DNA of 64,000 bases from Candidatus Krumholzibacteriales bacterium (lineage in GTDB: Bacteria; Krumholzibacteriota; Krumholzibacteriia; Krumholzibacteriales; WJIX01), in NCBI GenBank assembly GCA_046483305.1, contig JAWODM010000021.1:691-64690 (forward strand), in the 5' to 3' direction. Position 1 is the first letter of the stretch. Each line of letters starts with the position of its first letter. The position numbers were made by a program, and so were the translations under genes. Below, in pieces: positions 18,389 to 26,744 of the stretch. Under the pieces are notes generated by a model, which ran no database searches, was not told the DNA's origin, and saw nothing but the letters and a program-made list of their open reading frames with translations.

Positions 18389-19282
18389 TTATTCATCCCC
18401 TGCTATCTGCTTCGCATTCAGATTCTGATCTATTCGTTCTACAAATTCCTTTATATAAAACCAATTTCTATTGGGAGGATTTTCAGCTGAACTGGTCTCG
18501 TAGACCTGTTCTCTCCAAGTTCCGGAGGAAATATCTTCCGAAAGCAGGTTCCCATAAAAACCATAATTTCTTCCCATAACGATTTTATCAAGAGTTCCTC
18601 TCTTGTAATTCTGGTAGATATACTCACCTTTCAATTGCTCCTCACAGTTCATTCCGTATTGAGCACTCCTGGAGACAAGTTCTTCATAAGAGCTTATAGC
18701 TATACGCAGGATTTCGAGAAAGTAATCATCACCGAATAGTTTTCTGTATATGTCATAGATATCCTCCCAAAGTATAACAGGATAATTGAATCCGGCTTCT
18801 CTTATTTTATCAAATAGAGCCCCGGGCAAGAGAGCGTAATGGTGTATCTCTGAAATTTCCAGGTTTTCCCTCAAATACTCCAATATATTATCCCTCTGGT
18901 TATCCATCTGTGTTTTAAGTTTATGGACTGTCGGGTTGTTATACATCTTGGCTTCGATCGCAATCAAGACTCTACCCCTATCTGAAGTTTTTATTAAAGT
19001 AATAATGTCTGGAGTATCCTTGGTTACCGGAGGATCTGGAAACCTCAATTCGGATTCTCCAATTATCGATTCCACCAGACTGTATTCGGTGAAGAACTGA
19101 ATATTGGAATTTTCAGGGGCTGCGTTTATCTCAACATTCGATAGATCATCAAGTAGGCTTATAAAGTGATTGAAGTACTTAAATTGTTCCCTGCAAACAA
19201 TCATTGGGAAGATTGTTCCTGTGAAGAACCTCTCCTTCCTGTTCATAGGAAGTTCGTTCTCCATAAGTCCTTCCAAAGACAT
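18389..19282 (-). CDS. Hypothetical protein with PD-(D/E)XK nuclease-like motif
   Basis: RKERFFT..FFTEY..TPDII..IAIEAKM; DNA visibly more AT-rich than the flanks. Confidence 0.55.
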   Translation of the reverse strand: MSLEGLMENELPMNRKERFFTGTIFPMIVCREQFKYFNHFISLLDDLSNVEINAAPENSNIQFFTEYSLVESIIGESELRFPDPPVTKDTPDIITLIKTSDRGRVLIAIEAKMYNNPTVHKLKTQMDNQRDNILEYLRENLEISEIHHYALLPGALFDKIREAGFNYPVILWEDIYDIYRKLFGDDYFLEILRIAISSYEELVSRSAQYGMNCEEQLKGEYIYQNYKRGTLDKIVMGRNYGFYGNLLSEDISSGTWREQVYETSSAENPPNRNWFYIKEFVERIDQNLNAKQIAGDE

Positions 19283-19298
19283 ATAATGTCTCTCCTTT

Positions 19299-20882
19299 CT
19301 ACCTCTCCACCGGAAATGTCATCCTGCCCTTCCACTGCAGGGCCGGCTGCTCCCTGTTGATATAATCAATAAGGTCCAGCGTAACCTCTACTGTCTGAAT
19401 GGCGCTTTCCAGCTCCCACTCCGGATTAAATTCATCGTCGACGGTGTGGTAGTCTCCCAGGAAGAATTCACGGAGACGGTTAACCCCGCTGAGATAATCC
19501 TCTCCCGCGGAAAGCCACACCGCGGGTATACCCCTCCTCGCGAAGCTGAACTGGTCGCTCCTGTAAAAGAACCCCTGGTTGGACATCGAGAAATATGAAT
19601 ACTCCAGGCCCTTCTCTCTGACAATCTCTCTGATTATATCCTCCAGACTGGAATACTTCGCCCCCACCGCGATGAAGTCGCGGGCCCGCTCCCATACCGG
19701 AGTGGACTCGAAGTTAATGTTGGCCACTATCCCGGAAGGGTCAACACTCCCTGCGAAATAGCGCGACCCCAGAAGCCCCGCTTCTTCGGCGTTGCAGGCA
19801 AGGACTATAACGGAATAGTTTAGCTTTCCCTGCTGCTCCTTCAGCCTCTTGGCTGCCGCCATCATGGAGGCCACCGCCGACCCGTTATCTATTGCTCCGT
19901 TAAATATACTGTCCCCTGCCAGAGACCGGTCCATACCAAGATGGTCAATATGGGCGCTCAGGATAATGGACTTTTTGTTCAGCTCGCTGTCGCTGCCCTG
20001 TATATAACCCACCACATTCCTGCTCAGGAACTCTCTGTGCCGGGAATCCCCTTCTATCCGGGCGGTAATCCCCAGGCTGACCGGCCGGAAATCCCTGCTC
20101 TCCGATTTACCGTAAAGCTTCCGTAGCGATATTCCTTTTTCCGCAAGGGCCTCTTCCAGCTTCTGTTCCCTTATCCAGCCCCTGAACATCAGATCGTTAT
20201 CCAGCATGGAAGGCAGGTACAGCTCCTCTCCGCCCCAGGAGTTTCTAACCACCTGCCAGCCGTATCCTGCCGAATCAGTAGTATGAATAAGAAGTATCCC
20301 CCTGGCTCCCCGCCTGGCGGCCTCTTCGATCTTATAGGTCCATCTTCCGAAGTAGGTCAGGGCCGGGCCCTCGAACAGCTCCGGGTCATCCCTGCCCGGC
20401 TCGTTGACCCTCACCAGCAGAATCTTGCCCTCCAGGTCTGACTCCCCGTAGTCATCCCAGGACCAGGGCTGTGAAATGATGCCGAAACCGGCGAAAACAA
20501 GCTCCCCTTCCAGAGAAAACACAGTGTCACTGCCCACATAGCTTCCCATGACATCCCTCTGATACAGGGCCTGCTCCCCTCCCAGCGAGATTGAAAGCCG
20601 GCTCAGGGTATGGCCGCTGAGTGTAAATTCCTGGAAGTAACTCCCGCCATGGGGAGCTATATCCAGAATCTCCAGAACGCCTCTGATATAGTTTTCGGCA
20701 AGCCGCCCGCCCCTGGTACCGGGGGCCCTGCCCTCCAGAAGGTCATCGCCCAGAAACCTGATGGTGCTTCTTATTTCCCTCCTGGAGATATCCGCGCTGG
20801 AGATCCCGGAACTGTTATCGCAGGAGAAGAATAAAGATAGGGTCAGCGTTATGCAGACTGTTAATATCCTACTTGAATGCAA
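19299..20882 (-). CDS. M28 family metallopeptidase with PA domain (lipoprotein)
   Basis: LFFSC lipobox, LEGRAPGTRG, SAHIDHLG, NGAIDNGS, AEEAGLLGS, RSDQFSF and YHTVDDE motifs. Confidence 0.9.
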   Translation of the reverse strand: MHSSRILTVCITLTLSLFFSCDNSSGISSADISRREIRSTIRFLGDDLLEGRAPGTRGGRLAENYIRGVLEILDIAPHGGSYFQEFTLSGHTLSRLSISLGGEQALYQRDVMGSYVGSDTVFSLEGELVFAGFGIISQPWSWDDYGESDLEGKILLVRVNEPGRDDPELFEGPALTYFGRWTYKIEEAARRGARGILLIHTTDSAGYGWQVVRNSWGGEELYLPSMLDNDLMFRGWIREQKLEEALAEKGISLRKLYGKSESRDFRPVSLGITARIEGDSRHREFLSRNVVGYIQGSDSELNKKSIILSAHIDHLGMDRSLAGDSIFNGAIDNGSAVASMMAAAKRLKEQQGKLNYSVIVLACNAEEAGLLGSRYFAGSVDPSGIVANINFESTPVWERARDFIAVGAKYSSLEDIIREIVREKGLEYSYFSMSNQGFFYRSDQFSFARRGIPAVWLSAGEDYLSGVNRLREFFLGDYHTVDDEFNPEWELESAIQTVEVTLDLIDYINREQPALQWKGRMTFPVER

Positions 20883-21032
20883 TACTGCAACCTCCCGATT
20901 TTATTTAACTAAGGGGTTGTGTTATTTCGCTTCATTGGCATCAGATCCGGGCCGGCAATGCCCTTCATCCGGCATGCTTGACGAATTTTACTGCCCGTAT
21001 TCGAATCCTTAATCTAACAGCGCAGTCGCTGA

Positions 21033-21377
21033 TCAGTCACCCACAAAAACAGTCTTTTTGGAGGGCCGCGGCGCTTTGACCACCATGAACCTCAGTTTTT
21101 CACCGGTTTCATTGTACCAGCAGTGAACAATATCCTTCGGGCTCTCGACCAGGGTTCCTTCTGAGACTTCTTTCTTCTCTTCACCTATCTCCACCACTCC
21201 GGTCCCTTCCAGAACGTAAAAAGCGACATCCACCGGGGTGATATGGCGCTTCAGAGACTGGCCCGGCTTCAGAGTGATAACCGTAATCATGGCGTCTTCG
21301 GTATTGTAAAGGTTTCTGGCGTCCACGTTATGGGCATTCTCCATAACAGACGCATCGGAGAGTTTTCTTGTGATCAC
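21033..21377 (-). CDS. Cupin domain protein
   Basis: LKPGQSLKRHITP..FYVLEGTG..ESPKDIVHCWYN; GTG start at 21377 after AAGGAA. Confidence 0.85.
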   Translation of the reverse strand: MITRKLSDASVMENAHNVDARNLYNTEDAMITVITLKPGQSLKRHITPVDVAFYVLEGTGVVEIGEEKKEVSEGTLVESPKDIVHCWYNETGEKLRFMVVKAPRPSKKTVFVGD

Positions 21378-21490
21378 AGTGGAATTCCTTTCTTTGAAAT
21401 ACCTTAACAGCACATCTCCATTATGAAACATTATTTCCCGGCCAATTTCAATGCCGATATCATGAAAAAACCTTATGATCAGTTATCGAA

Positions 21491-22000
21491 TCAATCAGAG
21501 AAATTATCATCCTCTTCTTCATAATCCTCAAGCAGCCGCAGAAACCGCTGCTGTCTGATCCACCGCACCGCCGCCATCCATCCGGCCGGCTGCCCGCTCT
21601 TCCACCATATTTTCCCGGGAATAATCATACCGGTCCAGGGGCCGTACTGATGCAGCTCTACCGCGGAACTTCTGAACGACCTGTCATACCAGGCATCGAT
21701 GAGAGGGCCGAACTCGTAATACTGAACATTTATATCCATTTCCAGTCTCTTCCGCAGCCACTCTCTGTCTTCATCGGTCGCTGATCCCCTGGCAGGGCAT
21801 ATGAACAGTTCAAAATAGCTCTCTCCCCAGAACACTCCCACCGGAGGCGCATCAAGAATTTTCTCGAAATCCTCCAGAAGCGAATCCTTGAACTTCCGGG
21901 ATATCGATTCATCGATCTCTTCGCGAAGATAGAGATACAGGTAGAATCCCATCTGCCTGAACTCACCCAGGTGCTTCTTCTTTCTCAGACGCCGCTTCAA
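21491..22000 (-). CDS. YggL-like (DUF469, 50S-binding) protein with C-terminal extension
   Basis: RRLRKKKHLGEFRQMGF N-terminus, RGSATDEDREW and GPLIDAWY motifs. Confidence 0.7.
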   Translation of the reverse strand: MKRRLRKKKHLGEFRQMGFYLYLYLREEIDESISRKFKDSLLEDFEKILDAPPVGVFWGESYFELFICPARGSATDEDREWLRKRLEMDINVQYYEFGPLIDAWYDRSFRSSAVELHQYGPWTGMIIPGKIWWKSGQPAGWMAAVRWIRQQRFLRLLEDYEEEDDNFSD

Positions 22001-22079
22001 GTTATGCCATCCACTCCCGTCAGGCAGCTTATCAATTCTTACTGATTTATCCCGAAAACCGCATTAATATAATACTACT

Positions 22080-22520
22080 CTAAGCTCCTGAAAACTTAAT
22101 CTTCAGATTTTCGAGTGATTTTTCGATGATACCGGCCCACTTCTTCTTCATGAACAGAGAATCCAGCACAGGACCCAGAAGCGGAACTGGGATTCGGTAC
22201 TCCAGCGCATAGGTGAACCTGGTAGAATCTCCCTCCGTCTCGAACATCCATTCGGTCCGGTGGGGCATCCCTCCGGCAGCCACCCCCTTCCAGCCTGAAT
22301 TCTTCACGTAGTCATGGATTTCAGTTTCGACTGTCACGGGGATCCCGAACAACCACACTCTGTATCTGTACCGGGCTCCATTGCCCCGCTCAATTTCCGA
22401 AGTAACCCTGAAACCGGAGGTTCCCTCAAACCAGTCGGACCAGTACCGGTAATCGGACACATACGCAAAAAGATCCACGATATCAGCGTTAATCATGACA
22501 GACCGTTCTATTCTTGTCAT
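22080..22520 (-). CDS. SRPBCC (polyketide cyclase-like) family protein
   Basis: MTRIERSVMINADIVDLFAYVSD..W..W; C-terminal helix SLENLK; ATG at 22520 after GGAG. Confidence 0.8.
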   Translation of the reverse strand: MTRIERSVMINADIVDLFAYVSDYRYWSDWFEGTSGFRVTSEIERGNGARYRYRVWLFGIPVTVETEIHDYVKNSGWKGVAAGGMPHRTEWMFETEGDSTRFTYALEYRIPVPLLGPVLDSLFMKKKWAGIIEKSLENLKIKFSGA

Positions 22521-22650
22521 CCCCTGTCTCCTATTATGCGTATATATCAAGGGCTTCGTGAGTATAGCCCTCATATACTCATTTTGCACCCCTTGAGCCG
22601 ATCTGTAAAGAAATTTGTGATCAGCGGGGCGAATTCAAACGGAATAAATC

Positions 22651-22682
22651 AACGCCCCGCACCCTTTCAGGAGCGGGGCGTT
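22651..22682 (-). terminator. Hairpin/intrinsic terminator downstream of TPR gene
   Basis: AACGCCCCGC...GCGGGGCGTT 10-bp inverted repeat, followed on the minus strand by GATTTATT. Confidence 0.6.
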
Positions 22683-22719
22683 TCCGGGGGCCGCCTTCCG
22701 GGGAAGTCAGCAACGGATA

Positions 22720-23814
22720 CTACTTCGTTCCGGTCGTATCAGCACCGGCAACCTTGATAAAATCTTCCGCGGTACCGGCGATGCTGCTGTCCGCCTGAAC
22801 CGGATCAGGCGCCTCGGAGAACTGCTCATCCTCTTCAGTCCGGCTGTTTATATCCTGTATGAAAGCTTCGGATATTTCAGAGAGGTCTATCTGCGTCACC
22901 CCCTCTTCCTGCTCCAGGAGCTCCACCCTGCAGAGGCTGTTGTAAGCCCGGTCGTAGCTCTTATCCAGGGTTACAGCCGCGGCATAAGCGTTCTCCGCAT
23001 CACGGTAGCGCCCGGTATTCTCAAGAGCCATCCCCAGGTTGTTCTGAAAAACAGCTATATCATCTCTGAGAACGGCAGCGCGGGCAAGAGGGGCCAGCGC
23101 CTTCTCGAACTCCCCTTCCCTGATAAATATCAGGCCCAGATTGTTCATCGCCCATACATGGCCGTTATCGATCTGTATTGCCCGGCGGTAGTGCTCCACC
23201 GCTTTCTCTGTCTCGCCGAGCTGGCGGTAGCCCCTCCCGGCCAGGTGATAGGCGTCGGCGTATTCAGGTTCTTCTTCCAGAACCTTTTCCAGAAGGTCTA
23301 TGGCCTCCCGGGCTCTTCCGGTATCGAGATAAACCCTGCACAGGTTGATGCGGCTCTTCAGGTGCCCCGGGTTCAGCTCAAGGGCTCTGGTGAAACTTTC
23401 CTCCGCCAGCTGGTAATCCTTCATCTTCCAGGCAGAAAGCGCCAGCATGTAATATCCCCACGGGTTGCCGCTCTTCTGTTCGGTGTAGGCGGTGAACAGC
23501 TTTACCGCCTCCCGGTAATCTCTCCCGAAGTATGCGTCCTCGGCCTCGCCGTAGGAGACCTCTCGTTCGATCTTTTCCTCAGCCGGTTCCGCTTCCGCAA
23601 CCTCAGGGGTGGCGATTGAATCACTCCCAGGGCCAGTTGCCGTTCTGACCTCCTTTTGCTCTGTTCTGTTTTCCTTTAACTTCAGAGTGACATTATCCTC
23701 TGAAACCTCCTCCCTGTCACTCCCGCAACCCGTCCAGATTAATGTGAACGCCAGCGTCATGACGCAGGCGGCAACCAGATGTGACTTCCGCATGGATCTC
23801 TTCTTGATCAACAT
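22720..23814 (-). CDS. Tetratricopeptide-repeat lipoprotein
   Basis: IWTGC lipobox; multiple TPRs (AMNNLGLIFI, FQNNLGMALE). Confidence 0.88.
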   Translation of the reverse strand: MLIKKRSMRKSHLVAACVMTLAFTLIWTGCGSDREEVSEDNVTLKLKENRTEQKEVRTATGPGSDSIATPEVAEAEPAEEKIEREVSYGEAEDAYFGRDYREAVKLFTAYTEQKSGNPWGYYMLALSAWKMKDYQLAEESFTRALELNPGHLKSRINLCRVYLDTGRAREAIDLLEKVLEEEPEYADAYHLAGRGYRQLGETEKAVEHYRRAIQIDNGHVWAMNNLGLIFIREGEFEKALAPLARAAVLRDDIAVFQNNLGMALENTGRYRDAENAYAAAVTLDKSYDRAYNSLCRVELLEQEEGVTQIDLSEISEAFIQDINSRTEEDEQFSEAPDPVQADSSIAGTAEDFIKVAGADTTGTK

Positions 23815-23885
23815 GGCGGACCTCCTTTTCTTACTGCGCCCTCCCGGGCTGTTCTCGAAACAAACGATTTACGCCCATATACAGG

Positions 23886-23902
23886 CGCAAGAGGAGGTCC
23901 AA
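23886..23902 (-). promoter_or_regulatory. Sigma54 -24/-12 promoter of TPR gene
   Basis: Minus strand TTGGACCTCCTCTTGCG = GG-N10-GC with TTGC. Confidence 0.6.
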
Positions 23903-23928
23903 TCCCTGCCGCATGAGGAAATAGCTTA

Positions 23929-23941
23929 TAACTCGCTGTTA
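23929..23941 (-). promoter_or_regulatory. IHF-like site
   Basis: TAACAG-CGAG-TTA, one mismatch to WATCAR-N4-TTR, in an AT-rich tract between the enhancer boxes and the sigma54 promoter. Confidence 0.35.
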
Positions 23942-23996
23942 TATAGTCATATAGATATATACGGAAATTCCGCCTGATCAGATATATCTGGAAGTT

Positions 23997-24046
23997 GTGT
24001 CCATATGGACACGAATCTGGGGAGGCTTTTGTGTACCACCTTACAC
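23997..24046. promoter_or_regulatory. Tandem enhancer-like boxes (GTGT-N8-ACAC x2)
   Basis: Perfect 16-bp palindrome GTGTCCATATGGACAC (23997-24012) and GTGTACCACCTTACAC (24031-24046), 34 bp apart. Confidence 0.6.
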
Positions 24047-24052
24047 ACTGAA

Positions 24053-25411
24053 TTATTTCTTTTTGATATTCAGCCGCCTCATGACCTTGATAAGACTGGA
24101 ATGGTCGGCCAGCCCCAGCTGCTGAGCTGTATTGGTGATGTGCCAGCCGTTTTCCTCCAGCGCCTGCAGTATTATCCGGCGCTCCGCTTCCGCTTTCATC
24201 TCCCTGAGAGTTCCCGCCCCCGGCCCCTTTCCGGAAGAAACTGAGCCGGTTATCCCGTCCGGAACATCCTCCGGGCCTATCGATTCATCGTCGCCGGAGG
24301 TAATCACCATCCTCTCCATGATGTTCCTCAGCTCCCTTACGTTGTTTCTCTTCCAGTCATAGTTCATCAGCATCTCCAGGGCCTCCGGGTCGAGCTTCTT
24401 CCCGGAAATACCGAACCTGCCGCATATCGCCGAAAGGAAATGCTCCGCCAGCTCCGGTATATCAGAAAGCCGCTCTCTAAGGGGAGGTACGTTTATGATA
24501 TGGACATTCAGCCGGAAGTAGAGATCCCTGCGGAAACTGCCGCTATCGATACCGGCCTCCAGGTCGCGGTTGGTTGCCGCAACCACCCTGGCGTCGACAT
24601 CGATGGTTCTTTCTCCTCCCACTCTGGTAACCTGCCTCTGCTCCAGCACCCGGAGCAGTTTCGCCTGAGCCGGCGGGGGCAGCTCCCCTATTTCGTCCAG
24701 AAAGATAATCCCCCCTTCGGCCCTCTCGAAGGCCCCCCTGCGAAGCCGGCTGGCGCCGGTGAAAGCTCCCCGCTCGTGACCGAACAGCTCGCTCTCGATC
24801 AGGCTCTCCGGAAGTGCGGCGCTGTTAACCGCAACAAACGGGGCATCCTCGCCCGGGCCCAGGCGGTGGATTTCCCTGGCCACCAGCTCCTTGCCGGTTC
24901 CGCTCTCTCCGGTGATAAGGACCGGGCTGGGAATACCGGCGACCAGCGATATCTTCTCTCGCAGCTGCTTCATCACCGGGCTGGAGCCGATGATGCCGCT
25001 TTCGGCCCCCAGCGAGCGCCTGAGGTTATCCACCTCCGACCGGAGGCGTTTCCGCTCCAGGGTGTTCTCCACCTCCCTGGCCACTCTTTCCATCGATTCA
25101 TCCTTGTCTATAAAGCTGTAAGCTCCCAGCTTGACAGCTTTCACACACCGGTCATAGCTGCCGGTTCCGGTGTATACGATTACGGGGATATCTACCTGTT
25201 TCTCCACCAGGGCCCTCAGCACGTCGAACCCGTCCATCCCGGGCATTTCCAGGTCCAGGATCATGCAGTCAACCGGCTCCCGCGCTACAATCTCCAGCGC
25301 GTCCCCTCCCCCGGTGGCCATAATAGTCCTGTATCCGCCTATCCTCTTGAGATCGTACGCGTACTGCTCCGCCAGCGCCGGAACGTCATCTACTATCAGT
25401 ATCAGAGCCAT
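24053..25411 (-). CDS. Sigma54-dependent response regulator (NtrC family: REC-AAA+-HTH)
   Basis: IVDD..LDLEMPGMDG receiver; GESGTGKE, ESELFGHERGAFTGA and FLDEIGE; C-terminal Fis-type HTH. Confidence 0.95.
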   Translation of the reverse strand: MALILIVDDVPALAEQYAYDLKRIGGYRTIMATGGGDALEIVAREPVDCMILDLEMPGMDGFDVLRALVEKQVDIPVIVYTGTGSYDRCVKAVKLGAYSFIDKDESMERVAREVENTLERKRLRSEVDNLRRSLGAESGIIGSSPVMKQLREKISLVAGIPSPVLITGESGTGKELVAREIHRLGPGEDAPFVAVNSAALPESLIESELFGHERGAFTGASRLRRGAFERAEGGIIFLDEIGELPPPAQAKLLRVLEQRQVTRVGGERTIDVDARVVAATNRDLEAGIDSGSFRRDLYFRLNVHIINVPPLRERLSDIPELAEHFLSAICGRFGISGKKLDPEALEMLMNYDWKRNNVRELRNIMERMVITSGDDESIGPEDVPDGITGSVSSGKGPGAGTLREMKAEAERRIILQALEENGWHITNTAQQLGLADHSSLIKVMRRLNIKKK

Positions 25412-25490
25412 TTCATCCTCCGGGGATAAATTAGCATATACCGAAACATATATCCACTAACAATAAATGGCACCGGCCCGGTCCGCCGGT

Positions 25491-26483
25491 TCAGCGGATC
25501 ACTATGATGTTTTCAAAGTCCGCTCTCTCCCCGGAATTCCGGTCGTTGACGGTGGTTACAATCCGGTAGGTGCCGGCCGGGAGGCCGCCGGGTGTATATG
25601 TGAGGTCCAGGGAAAAATCGAACTTGGGAAAAGGAGATATATTGTCGAACCGGAAGGCGTTTCCCCGTTCGGCCAGCATCTCGCCCTCCAGCGTGAGTAC
25701 CATGAAATCGGTGGTAATATTTATATGGTAGCTGTCTCCCTTTCTCTTCAGGGAGTGCCCGTAGATCTGCGAGGTAATGTAGATCGGCTCATCCTGGCCG
25801 AAGAAATTATCTTTTTTCAGAGTGTAGTCTTCAGGGTCCGCTATCAGCCTGACATTCCTTACTTCCAGGGGAACTTCGTCCCATATGGAGAAAATCGCAT
25901 CTCTGAGAGCTCTGACCGCTTCCACCTTTCTTCCGGCGCTGTTGTGCTCCACCGCCTCGGCGGCGAATGAGGCGAAATCTTCTCCGTTCATATCTCCACT
26001 TCCGCCTCTTTCTGAACTGCCGGATTTATCGGCCCTTTTCTCCTGAATTATATTCAGCCGGTACCATCCCTTCCAGCTTCCGGCCACCAGATGTGTCCAG
26101 TACTTTTCACCCCCGGAGGAAACTACAAAAAGAAGATTGCGGTTATCCTCACCCAGAACTTCAGCCCCCCGCTCAATAGCCGCCCTCTTGAATTTTTCGA
26201 TGATAACCGGCCCGGTTTCCGATTCATCCCTTTTTCCATCAGCTCCCAGGAACTCATACTCGAGCATCCAGTACTTTCCGCTCACCTTCTTCTCTATCAA
26301 TTCTCCATCCGTTATATACCTGAACGTATAGGCAACATGATCGCTGTATTCGTATTCGTCAGGGTCGAGGGTGGATCCGGGGAGCGGTTTTATTACCGGG
26401 TGGTCCGTTACTTCCAACCCGGAAAGGAAGGAAGGTGAAATCAGAATGAGGAAAATCATCGAAAGATATATGGTCCTTTTCAT
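25491..26483 (-). CDS. Exported two-domain hypothetical protein
   Basis: Signal peptide from ATG 26483; DHPVIKPLPGS N-domain recalls the N-terminus of OmpA/DUF4892-type proteins; Gly/Ser linker; beta-rich C-domain. Confidence 0.6.
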   Translation of the reverse strand: MKRTIYLSMIFLILISPSFLSGLEVTDHPVIKPLPGSTLDPDEYEYSDHVAYTFRYITDGELIEKKVSGKYWMLEYEFLGADGKRDESETGPVIIEKFKRAAIERGAEVLGEDNRNLLFVVSSGGEKYWTHLVAGSWKGWYRLNIIQEKRADKSGSSERGGSGDMNGEDFASFAAEAVEHNSAGRKVEAVRALRDAIFSIWDEVPLEVRNVRLIADPEDYTLKKDNFFGQDEPIYITSQIYGHSLKRKGDSYHINITTDFMVLTLEGEMLAERGNAFRFDNISPFPKFDFSLDLTYTPGGLPAGTYRIVTTVNDRNSGERADFENIIVIR

Positions 26484-26744
26484 GGCCTCAGCCTCCCGCT
26501 CTAAGATTAATATTTCTGCCTGTTCTTCATCGGCGCGCATATTATTTATCGGATGCGAGTAAAGATAGTAGCCCTAAATACCGGTATATTTCAGTACAGG
26601 CCGGACTGTCAAGCCATCTTTCTCCCCTGCCGAAGGTTCGGAAGCGTTCTTTTCCCCTGTTTTAAATCTGCGGGCAAACGGTTACTCCTGTTATTTATGG
26701 GAAATATAATTATGAGTTAAATATCAAACTGTTATGGAAACCGG

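Noticed and set aside
20941-21015. TTCGAATCC suggesting a tRNA T-arm
   Set aside because: No acceptor stem or cloverleaf can be built
24440-25429. 329-aa plus-strand ORF
   Set aside because: Antisense to the clearly real sigma54 regulator
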